Shown: positions 17,532 to 27,780 of the stretch, in pieces
Numbering within the stretch: position 1 is the stretch's first letter
Layout of the letters: every line of letters starts with the position of its first letter
Source: Candidatus Multivorans sp.
GTDB taxonomy: Bacteria; Acidobacteriota; Thermoanaerobaculia; Multivoradales; Multivoraceae
DNA length: 64,000 nucleotides
Reading direction: 5' to 3'
Assembly: GCA_965224025.1 (NCBI GenBank)
Contig: OZ245033.1
Location: 4,800,001 to 4,864,000 of the forward strand
Translations under genes and position numbers: made by a program
Notes under the pieces: generated by a model
The model's database searches: none
Told to the model about the DNA's origin: nothing
Seen by the model: the letters and a program-made list of their open reading frames with translations, nothing else

Positions 17532-20500
17532 TTAGTTGGAACAGAGCCCTTCCACTCTCGTACCGTTCAGGAAACCGCTTCTCGGATCCATGAACCCGTC
17601 TCTATCCTCCCACACCGCCAGCTCGCCAGACCGCGTGTACTCGCGCCTCTTGCCGGACTCGTTGTGAGTGATCGTGATGCTGAAGTCGTTTATCGTCGCT
17701 CCAGCGATGACGACCCGGTATCGTTTCGACATCGCACAGTGGTTGACGACGTTGACCAGCAGGTCGAAGCTCTCGTCTCCCATGAACCGGAACAGCGCCG
17801 AGTTCTTGGTCGATCGTTCAGCGTCGCCGGTTGCGCCGCCAGATATCGCCGCGCCCATGCGGTAACTCGCAGTGACGGTGAACTTGTCGTCGTGCAACGA
17901 GACTCCCGCAGATCCCGCAGTAGCGGCCATAGCAACGCCCTGGGGCTTCGCCATACGTGCTCCCGCCTTTGCAGGGAACCCCGCAGACGAAGCGCATGCC
18001 TCAGCGAACGCGCCGAGGTCGACGTGGGCGTTGGACACTTGCGCCCAGGGATTCTCGGTGGTGATCTGCTCTCCCGATACGGTGTCGACCAATATGACGT
18101 GGTAGCGATACCGAACTGAACCGGCTGTCGTGAACCACATGCCGCCGGTCATGTCGCAGCCATCCAGCAGCTTCACAACGACGGACAGGTCGTCTGTGTC
18201 CACGAACGGATCCTCGAAGAACGCCGACACGCCAGGAAGGTAGAAGACGCCCGAGCCCTGCGTCCAACCAGCCAGTTGGGCGCGCTGCGGAAACGCGTTC
18301 CGGGTAGCGTAGAACAACACGTTTGCCTTGAACCGGTTGTTCTGCAAGCAGAGGGTCGTGTCGTCGGCTACGCAGGTTCCGGACATGCCGTCGCTGTCAG
18401 TGCTGCCGTCATCGTCGCTGTCATCGCCGTCGCTGTCATCGCCGTCATCACCTTCGCCTTCGTCGCCTGGGTCGCCATTCGGCGGATCAATCGCGGTGTT
18501 GTCGTCCTCCCCGGACTGGTGGCCATAAAACATCATGGACCACGCATTCAGTTCCGTGTGCTGGCCGTATTCCTCTTCGTCAGAGACGATCAGAGTCCAC
18601 TCACAAGGAGCGTTCGGCGACTCAATCTGGTTGCACGGCGATTCACCAAGGTGGCGAGCTGAACCCAGGCTCAGAGTTCTGTTGTGAACCGAGGTACCAC
18701 CTGGGACGGCCTGACAACCGTCTTGCGAAGGCCGGTTTCCATCCCTACCCGGACCATAGTCTCCCCTTGGATCGTGGTATGCGCTGTGTGGACTGCCGGC
18801 ATCGCCATAGGCATCCCAACACTCATCGAACGGATGAGACAAGAGAGACTCCGTTCCAGACGGAGACCTGAGAACGACGCGAAGGTCACGGAAGTTGTCG
18901 CTGTTGAACTCAGCCTTAACCGCAAGCCACTCGATGAAGTCGACCTGATCGGCCGACGCAACTACAGTGGAACTACCTCTGTCCGTGCTCGTGACACCCT
19001 CGACATCGGTATGGGTCTTCCCAAGATCGTTGATCCTGATGGGCGGATCTTCCGACCTGTACTGAGCCTCGACGAATTCAGGCAGCCCAGGCCACACTTG
19101 AGCAAGTTCCACCGCAGCCTGGGCATCTACAACCCCAAAGCCGTATCGGTGGCTGAAACGGTAGTGGGAACCGCTATCTGTTCCCAACCGACCGAACTTC
19201 CGGCCAGCGCCTGACCACTTCACCCACGGGGCACCTGTCTCTGGATTCGCCTTGTCGCGCACCGGGACTCTATACCCATAGTGGGTCCACCACCTAGAGC
19301 GCTCATCTGCGATGATCGGATCATTGACCCGAGCTGTCGCAGCCAGGATCATCTTCACGTCGCGCCACGTCAGATTCGGATTCGCATCCCTGATCAGAGC
19401 TGCAACACCACTCACGTGGGGCGTCGCAACCGACGTCCCGCTAAAGTTCTTGTAGGTATTGAAGCTGTTGGTGGATGGCGTCGCGTACCGTTCGAAGAAC
19501 TGCTCGATCCCGTCCTCTGGACGCCTGGGTGTTGCCCAGTCCTTGAAGTTCATGCTCTCTTCTCGCTCGGAAGGGGCACACACCCAGAGAACAGACCCAT
19601 GCTCAGAGAACCATGCCTTGGTCCCTTGGTCGCTGACAGCACAAACCACCACCCAACCGTAGTGGCTGTGGAACTCTTCCAGCGTCGAGTACGCCTGCTG
19701 ATAGTACTCGTTGCCGGCAGCCTTGACATGGACTGTTCCCAACGGAGAACCGTCGACAAAGTACGAGTTGTTGAGGCTGTGGGTTAGGCCATTCATCGCG
19801 CTCGTCGTGGTCGCAACGGCGTAGAGGCTTTTCCACGAACCCCAACTGTGATTAGCGACAGCGATGTCGTCGTAACCGTCGGTCAACGCACTGACGATGT
19901 TGTCGTCAGACGCAGACTGGAGCACGTTGTACGAGATGAGGTTGGCTCTCGGGGCAATGCCGCGAATGCCGATCTCGTTGTCGCGGGCGGCGATCACTCC
20001 AGCCACCGTGGTTCCGTGGCTGTATTCGCGTGGGGACTTCATCTCAATCTGAGCGCCCCGGAAGCCGTAGGACTTGTTGCGATCCACCAGGATGTTGTCC
20101 CGCAGGTCCTCGTGGTTGATGTCCATGCCAGTGTCGGCCACAAGAACCTTCACGCCAGAACCGTCGTGGCTTGACCACACCGGCTCCACGTTGATGTCCT
20201 CTCCGGGGAACTCTCGATTCTTGAGCCCGAACTGACAGTCCCAGAGGTAGTCGCGGACTCCCGTGGCTTGGGTTCCGGCGCAGTCTTTGTAGAAGTCCGG
20301 GTATCGCTCATGTCGATCAACGGCAATCGTGTACGGGCCGATCGTCGACCCGTCTCCTCGAACCTGCACGTAGTACGTGCCAGCGGAGAGTGTCTCGAAG
20401 ATCGTGAACCCATCGGCAGCATGAGACGCGAACTGACCCCTGAACTGCTCTGTGAACCGATCCCTTCCAACGTAGGTATCGTACAGCGATCCGTCGCTGT

Positions 20501-23500
20501 TCCGGAGATCACCATGAACGATCAACTCCGCTTCGCCGTTCAGATCTTGGTTGACCTTGGCTGTCGGATCCTGATCGCCACCCCACGCCCGAATGACCAC
20601 GTTTGTCTCTTGATCCAGGACAAGCCGGAAGTAGTCCACGTCATCGACGGTCGAGATGTTCCCGCCTCTTACCCGCTGAGAGTTGTCGGTGATCGACAGG
20701 TCAACAGCAGTTGCAGTATCAGAGCCCGGCTCATTAACCTCATGAACGTGCAAGTCGTAGCGAGTCGGAGGCCAAGAACTCCACATGCTCAGCTTGTAGG
20801 TCTCACCAGCGCGGAGTCGATACCGAAGCAGCGTGGTGTTCGGATTCCTGGGATCGAAGCTCACGTCGTTGATCAGGAACTGGTGGTACGAGTCCTCATT
20901 CTCTTCCAGAGGTCCATCTTTCCTGATGGCGATAGATCCCCAGGTTCCGTTGAATCCATCTTCGTGGTCGCTCTCCATCCACACGACGGCGTCAAAGTCA
21001 TCGCCTTCTGGAACATGGAAGAAGAACGGATCGCGGTCTACAAACCCGAACGGCCAGTCGTAGTAGTTGGCCTCGAAGTAGCCCTCGACCTTTCCGCCGC
21101 CCACAGGAATGATCGCACCCCAAAGGTGGTCGTCATTGGCGAGAACCTCTACTGTCGTCGCCTCAAGATGAGGAACATGCTCTGGACGCAGTTCATACGA
21201 GAACTCGTAGTAGCCACTTTGACGGTCAGAAGCAGCACCGTTAGCGATGGTCACTCGGGCATAGTAGTCACTGAACCGATCGTCATACTCCATTGCCATA
21301 GAGTCCTCTAGCAGTTGCCACTGACCGAACTCGAAGTCATGGAGTACCTCTGCACGATCGCCCAGGTCAACAGGGCTCTGCCAGATCTCGACGTTGAGGT
21401 CGGGAGTCGTGCCACCCCAACTCAGGGGGCCGGAGTGAACGCGAATGACACGCGGAGCTCGGGGCGTACCGCTGCTCCGATTCTCGAGAACGAACCAGTG
21501 CTCATCGGACGCATCGTCGAGCCGATAGACGTACGGAGCGCCAACGTTCTCGGAATACATCGACTTCGCACCGCGACTCCCATTCTCATCAACTTTCCAC
21601 GTCGTTCCGGGTTCCCGGTTGTGAGGACCGCCATAGCGGGCAGTCGCGAACGCGCCGGTATGAGTAGTCCAGCCATTGGCCGTCAGTGCCTGCAACTCAA
21701 TGTTGTAGTAAGCACTACCCACGTCATCGAGGCTGTAGCTCTCGAAGTGGGTCGCACACACGGCCGTTGCAGTCGCAGTCGTCTCGTTCGGAGCATCCGG
21801 CGCACCGATGGTCACCTGGGGACATTCCGTGTAGAGAGTGCCGACATCTTGCGCTGCAAGGACGATTGAAGCCACCGCGACGGCTACGATCACGGGCTCA
21901 TCGATTTCAATGATCGTCACGGTTAGAGGAGGAACATCTACGTTCTCGTACCCACCACCGGACGGTACGTGGGCAATCTCAGTGGCAGGGTCGGGTTCAG
22001 TATCGTCGTCAGGATTGGCCGTCACACTAAGCGTCAGAGGGACGTCCCAATCGGTAGTCGTGAAGGTCACCGAAGGTGGCTCTACAACGACATCTGAAAG
22101 AGGATCGACCACGGCAGAGATGACCACCGTGTCTGATGGCGCTTCGGACAGAACGATGCTGTAGGTGCCAGACGCACCCTCATTCAGTTCAAGAGACAGA
22201 GGGTAGACAGTGACCTCGGCCGGATCAACGTTCTCGGGAAGGTCGCCATCCAAGTAGGCAGCAGCAGCGGCATGAGTGCCGGAGGCCGGATTCGACGCTC
22301 CCGAGAGGTCGATGTCGGCACCGCTAAAAGTGATCGTCGGTGGTTCCGTGTATCCAGAACCCGGAGTCGTGATCTCGACAGACAGAACCGCCATCCGGCG
22401 AGTGCCATCAACCTCTACGCGACGGATAGCAGCCCCTGAACCGTTGCCACCTACAAAACGTGCTCAAGGTAAGAACGTGGAACTCTCGTCTGTGAAATCA
22501 CGGTAGTCAGAGTAGCCGAATTTGTCGTAGTCCGCGTAGCAGTCTCCAGTACTCCCGTTGTTGAACGAGTTGTTGTCGTACAACCGAGTCCGACGTTGCA
22601 ACTCACCGTTCTTTTTCGCCCTTGCTCTGGCCTGAGCAGCGTAGCCAACGCCTTCGTTGTACAACTGGATCACAGGCGCGGTCGTATAACCAGAACCCCG
22701 GGGGTTTATATAGACTTCGGTGATCGGGCCAGCGCCATTGGCAAACGTGATGGTCGCCTCAGCCCTGACACCGCCGAGCATCTGAGGTTCTGAGAAAGTC
22801 AGCGTCGGAGCATCACTGGCAATGTCGTAGCAGCCGGGTGAGACGAGTTCGACGTGGGTCACCCGACCTTCGGTGGGCACTGGATCAGGTTCCGGATCAG
22901 GTGGATCAGGTTCCGGTCCAGGGTCTGTCTCGGTTGTCGGGTAGTTGCCGTCGACGATGGCCATGGCCGTTGCGTGCTTGCCGGCAACGCCTCCAGGAAC
23001 CTCCAAACCCCACTCGCCAACACTGAACGTGACAGTCGGAGGATCGACGTAGCCACTGCCTGGGTTGGTGATCGTGACACCAAGAATGCTCGCAGCCACG
23101 CTTGCGTTGACATCAACCAACCTGACCGCAGCACCAATCCCATCGCCTCCTACGAGACGAGCCTTCGGGATGTAGGAAGGGTGGTCAGCGACTACATCAC
23201 CGAGATCGCGGTCGCGGACGGACGCATAACAGTGACCACCAGCCTCGATCGTTGCATCCTCTTCAATGTTTCCGTCGGAGCTGACGACGGCTGTAGCAAC
23301 AGCATTCCATCCAGAACCCTCATCATAGATTTCGATGGTTGGTGCAACCGTATAGCCAGTTCCTCGTGGGTACTGTTCGTTCTCCTCGTTGAAGAGATGC
23401 ACCCGATCGACAGGACCTGCACCACCAGCGGATGGCAGGAACCTGACAACGCCTTCCGCCCTCACACCGCCTACCGGTGGGTCCGAGAACCCGACGGTCA

Positions 23501-24179
23501 GTGGCGTCTGGTAGCTGTATGGGTCCGAGATGTACAGGTCGTAACAGCCGGCACCCTGCAGAACCACGTCTGTGATCTGGCCCTGAGAATCCTCGGACTT
23601 ACCTGCCGCTCTTCGCAGGTCGCCATCCACCACCCTTGCCGACGCCTCGGCGAGCACGGCGGTCGCCGTTAGCGATGGGCCACCCGAACCACTGATCGTG
23701 ACAGCGGGCGGTTCCGTGTAGCCGGAGCCGCCGTCGCTGACTTCAATGCTGGACAGGCTATAGAGCGTATCTACGGCATCGTCATCAGACGTGTCGTCAG
23801 GGGTTCCCTGATGGTGCCAGATCAAGGGCAGTTCAGGCGGAACGAGGAGATAGTTCGACTTGCGGATGTAATTTATGTCCTCTCGATCACCCTCGTCGTT
23901 CGTCTTGGATTGCCACAGTCCCGAGATGCGCGGACGGACTTCCGTGGCGTCGAACTCGACGCCGTAGACGACATCTCTACTCGATTCTCTGTTCAACAGA
24001 AGGCGATACCCGGAAACGCCGGCAGGAACTTCCGGGCCAACATCCACGGCGATCGTCCCTGATTCGACGGTTCCGGCGATGGTCGGTACCGAAGAGAAGG
24101 ACTGAACCTCTACAACGGCCCCATAGACGACGAACGCACTGAGACCGATAATCAAACACAGAAAGATCTTTCGCGTCAT
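17532..24179 (-). pseudogene. giant secreted kexin/furin-like S8 serine protease (~2215 codons) interrupted by one in-frame TGA at 22464-22466
   Basis: Signal peptide, GSGY-x-PP-x-V/I beta repeats, catalytic VADTG / HGTTVAG / AAGN / GTSVATP, P-domain (DLRVVLRSPSGT) and two C-terminal lineage-type domains. ORFs 22464..24179 and 17532..22394 are in frame, separated by 23 sense codons. Confidence 0.8.
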
Positions 24180-24745
24180 CGTGTTTCCACCTCTCTAAGC
24201 CAGTTGGGATGTGCAGCCTTGACGGCTTGGCGATCAACCAAGCTGTTGGCGAGTAGTAGAGACGTCCATCCGGGTTCCGTATTCACGAACCACAGATTAG
24301 TAACCGATCTCGGCTCAACGAAGGGCGTAAGGCCCTCGCCGGCGAAGAACTCGTCGGCATCAGTACCCTCGTGCAAGAGAATCAGCACACCGCCGGGGAG
24401 CGTCATCAGTGGGCCATCGCTACCGTGTGGCCGGAAGACTGGATGACCGTCACTCATTGCTTTGACGATGGCGGCGGACATGCGTGCCGGGCCTGTCGTC
24501 GAGCGCTGTCGAATCAACTCCGCTGCACTGGGAACCAGTTCAACGTGCAACTGGTTCTTGCCGTCGTTCCACGTGATCAGGGCGCGCTCACTGTCCAGTT
24601 CGTTACTGGACTTCTTGAGTTCCAGTTCGTTGCTGGACTTCTTGAGTTCGACCGTTTGAGCGGTAAGAGGCCACGCGGCCATCACTACTGCACCCAGAAC
24701 AATCCAAATGAACCTGTTGCGGTTTACTCCCTTGTGGTTCTTCAC
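24176..24745 (-). CDS. secreted protein resembling a stand-alone S8 prodomain/external chaperone
   Basis: Signal peptide (WPLTAQ); PVFR..LMTLPGGVLILL..SLLLANSL..VKAAHPNW; ATGA overlap with the protease start; 21-bp tandem repeat (ELKKSSN x2). Confidence 0.6.
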   Translation of the reverse strand: MKNHKGVNRNRFIWIVLGAVVMAAWPLTAQTVELKKSSNELELKKSSNELDSERALITWNDGKNQLHVELVPSAAELIRQRSTTGPARMSAAIVKAMSDGHPVFRPHGSDGPLMTLPGGVLILLHEGTDADEFFAGEGLTPFVEPRSVTNLWFVNTEPGWTSLLLANSLVDRQAVKAAHPNWLREVETR

Positions 24746-24867
24746 GGCAACCCCCTTTCAGGGTTCTAGTTACGCTCCCTCCTCATCATTGGCAGAGAGC
24801 CCTATCCAAACTTATCCAGAACAGTGTCGCTGGAGTTTTCATGGGATCACATTCCTCAACGCGTCGG

Positions 24868-26031
24868 TCAGAATATCTTTCGATACTCAGATGGGCTACA
24901 GCCACAGTGCCGTCGAAACACATGCCGAAAGGTCCGCCCCGACCTGAAACCCACGACCCTCCCAATCACTCTGACCGTGGAGTCGCTGTTGCACAGCAAC
25001 TCACACGCGCGCGCCACCCGCCGTTGGGCCATCCACTTCCTAAAAGTGACTCCGACGTGCTGACGAAAGTACCGGCCAAAACTCGATGGCCGCATCGCCG
25101 CAACTGTTGCGACATCGGTCATGCTCAGATCGTCACCGAGGTGCTCATCGACGTAACTCCGCACTCTTTGAAGACGCTCATAGCGATCGAAGGCGTTGAC
25201 ACTTGTAGAGCGCTCGTCGTTCTGCCGTCCGAGACAGCCGTCATCGAAGTGCCTTTCGACGACTGCTGTCGTAATACAGGGTCGGAGATCTACGAGCGCG
25301 AAGCCGTATTGCTCAATGATGTCGCCAGGCTCAACCGACACACGGTTCCTCCAGCCCGGTGCGTATTCCACGAAGGTGTGGAACTCATCGTTCTCACCGG
25401 CTGGATCTACATGCATCGGCAGAGAATCCAGAAACTCGGAGTCGAACCGCCGCCCTAGCAGACTCGTGGGCATTCGCAGCGTGTCTACGGCACAGACCCA
25501 CGCCGACAAGCCTGCGTCCAGCATCATTTCTGCGTGCTCTCGGGAGTCTCGTCCCCACAATGGAAACTCTGCCGCAAGTCCTGTCGAGACCAGTTGTATT
25601 GACCGCCAGAACCTATACGCGTCGGAGCGCAACTCCCCGAAGGAGACGAACTCCGTTCCAGCTCGACGAAGTACACTCAAGCCCCGCTGCAGGTCGGCCG
25701 CATACTCCCTCGCCTTTCCCTCCTGATCGAACTCGACGAACTGCAACGGCAGCCCAACTGCGATGGCCTGCTGCTCAAGGAGCTCCTTTCGGACACCGTG
25801 AACCGCGGAGCGCCCGCTACGACCATCGACTTGACCGACCAATCCATTGACGAGCCAGCCAGAATCCGCTGAAAGCGTGTCGAGTGCCCAAGCCGAGTCC
25901 TTGCCTCCACTCCACCACTGGACCACCCGTCGCCTCCTCCTCCTCACGTCTGGAACACCAGTCGACTTCGCCGGGTCCACCCCGGCCTCGTCATGCCCCA
26001 AGGTAGTATCGGGGAGCTTAGCAAGGGCCAT
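24868..26031 (-). CDS. PP-loop (diphthine-ammonia ligase/DUF71-like) ATP-binding domain fused to an AraC-family HTH
   Basis: WSGGKDS, FPLWG and DPAGENDEFHTFV in the N-terminal part. C-terminal YVDEHL..LSMTDVA..FGRYFRQHVG..VGFRSGRTFRHVFRRHCGCSPSEYR. Confidence 0.82.
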   Translation of the reverse strand: MALAKLPDTTLGHDEAGVDPAKSTGVPDVRRRRRRVVQWWSGGKDSAWALDTLSADSGWLVNGLVGQVDGRSGRSAVHGVRKELLEQQAIAVGLPLQFVEFDQEGKAREYAADLQRGLSVLRRAGTEFVSFGELRSDAYRFWRSIQLVSTGLAAEFPLWGRDSREHAEMMLDAGLSAWVCAVDTLRMPTSLLGRRFDSEFLDSLPMHVDPAGENDEFHTFVEYAPGWRNRVSVEPGDIIEQYGFALVDLRPCITTAVVERHFDDGCLGRQNDERSTSVNAFDRYERLQRVRSYVDEHLGDDLSMTDVATVAAMRPSSFGRYFRQHVGVTFRKWMAQRRVARACELLCNSDSTVRVIGRVVGFRSGRTFRHVFRRHCGCSPSEYRKIF

Positions 26032-26042
26032 CCGTTGAGAAT

Positions 26043-26100
26043 CGGCAAATCTGGCTCCAATACCGGCAAGTCACGGCGAAAAACGGCACATTCCTGGCAA
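26043..26100. promoter_or_regulatory. six helically phased YGGC motifs upstream of the AraC-fusion gene (candidate operator)
   Basis: GGC cores at 26044, 26053, 26065, 26075, 26085 and 26096 (spacing 9-12 bp), mostly CGGCA/TGGCA. Confidence 0.45.
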
Positions 26101-26290
26101 CCTCCGCCGAACGGAGCACCCGCTAGCCATAGCTAGCCGTGCGGCCCTCCGACTGGCCCATCCCCATTCAGTTCATCCCTCATCGCGGTTCAACCACGCC
26201 GGTGACCAAGGTAGGCAGGTCCTTGGCGTGATAAATCGTCCAGTACTCGCGCTCAAGTTCTTCAGTTCTTCGCAGTGTTGCCTGGGAGAG

Positions 26291-27539
26291 TGGAGTTGCC
26301 CCGTTTTCGTGGACAGTTTGTGTTTGGGGAATCAAGCAGCTTCGCGGTAGGTCTTTTCGAAGTTGACGGGTGAGCAGTGTCCAATCGCGGAGTGACGACG
26401 GTGGGTGTTGTACCAGCCCTCGATGTACCGGAAGAGCTCGGCCTTGGCTTCGGCATGGTTCCGAAAGCTGGACTGGTCGAGCAGTTCGCATTCGAGGCTG
26501 GCGAAGAAGCTCTCGGCCATGGCGTTGTCGTAGCAGTCCCCAACGGAACCCATCGAGAGCGCGATGCCGGCGTCGCGGCAGCGCTTGCCGAAGGTCAGGG
26601 AAGTGTACTGGCTGCCTTGATCCGAGTGGTGGATCACGCCCTCGGGCCTCCGCTGGGCGATCGCCATCTCCAGCGCGCCGACCACGAGGTCGGTTGCCAG
26701 AGACGAATCCATGGCCCAGCCGACGATGCGCCGACTGAACACGTCAAGGACGATCGCCAGGTACAGGAAGCCGGCAAGGGTCGGCACGTAGGTGATGTCC
26801 GCGAGCCACAACCGGTCGGGGCCTTCGGCTGTGAACTCCCGCTCGACAAGGTCAGGCGCCGGGCGAGCCGACGGGGCGCGGCGCGTCGTCTTCGGTCGCT
26901 TGCGGCGGCTGATGCCCGCCAAACCGGACTCTCGCATCAGTCTGGCGACCCGCTTGCGGCTCACTGGGAACCCCTCATCAGCCAACTCAGCCTGAATCCT
27001 CGGCGCTCCGTAGGTCCCGCGGCTGCGTTCGTGGATCGCCCGCACCCGCTCCGCCAGAGCGCTGTCCGACTTCTCCCTGGCCGACCGCTCACGCTTCAAC
27101 CAGGCGTAGTACCCGCTCGTGGAGACACCGAGCACTCGGGCCATCGTCGTGATCCGGAACTCGGCCTGGTGCGCTCTCATGAACTTGAAGACCCCTTCGG
27201 GCCCGTCTCCCGAGCGAACCAGGCCGTTGCTTTTGCCAGGATCTCCCGCTCCTCGCGCAACCGGCGTACCTCTCGGCGCAGACGGCGCAACTCCTGGCGC
27301 TACGCCGTCGTAGTGCCGTCCTGGCGGCGACCTTCGTCGCGGTCCGCCTGGGCCACCCAGTTACGGATCGACTGTGCTGAAGGCTCGACTCGCGGGCTAG
27401 TTGGTCCGGGCTGCGCCCGGACCGGACCAGATCCACCATCTGTTGCCGGTACTCTGCCGGGTACCGACTCCTCTTTCTCGACATCGTGGGATACCTCCTC
27501 CTCCAAGGATGTAGTGTCCACGAAACCGGGGCAACCTCA
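26291..27539 (-). mobile_element. IS3-family element; orfB (rve integrase) 26332..27180 intact, orfA inactivated
   Basis: IRs TGGAGTTGCCCCGTTTTCGTGGACA / TGAGGTTGCCCCGGTTTCGTGGACA. orfB has WLADITY, HHSDQGSQY and DNAMAESFF. orfA (ATG 27484) has a frameshift at ARE/EPS and a TAG at 27300-27302. Confidence 0.92.
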
Positions 27540-27780
27540 GACTACCCTGAAAGCTACGCCGATACCCCCAAGACACCCTGAAGACTAGTGCTGAAAGACA
27601 GCCCGAGAACAAGACCCGGCCCTACTCGAGGCTGATCCGGACAAGCCGCCACTGGCCCATGAAGACTGGAGCTGCCTAGAGGCCGACCACCGGTCGCAAG
27701 CCGCGCCAGGGGAACGCCGCACGCAGCGAGGGCTAGATCGGTATGATCCGCCGTCGCGCCACCCGCCACCAAGGACTGCC

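Noticed and set aside
22464-22466. Selenocysteine recoding of the protease TGA (selD is in the window)
   Set aside because: The aligned position in the internal repeat is Lys, not Cys, and no convincing SECIS hairpin follows the codon.
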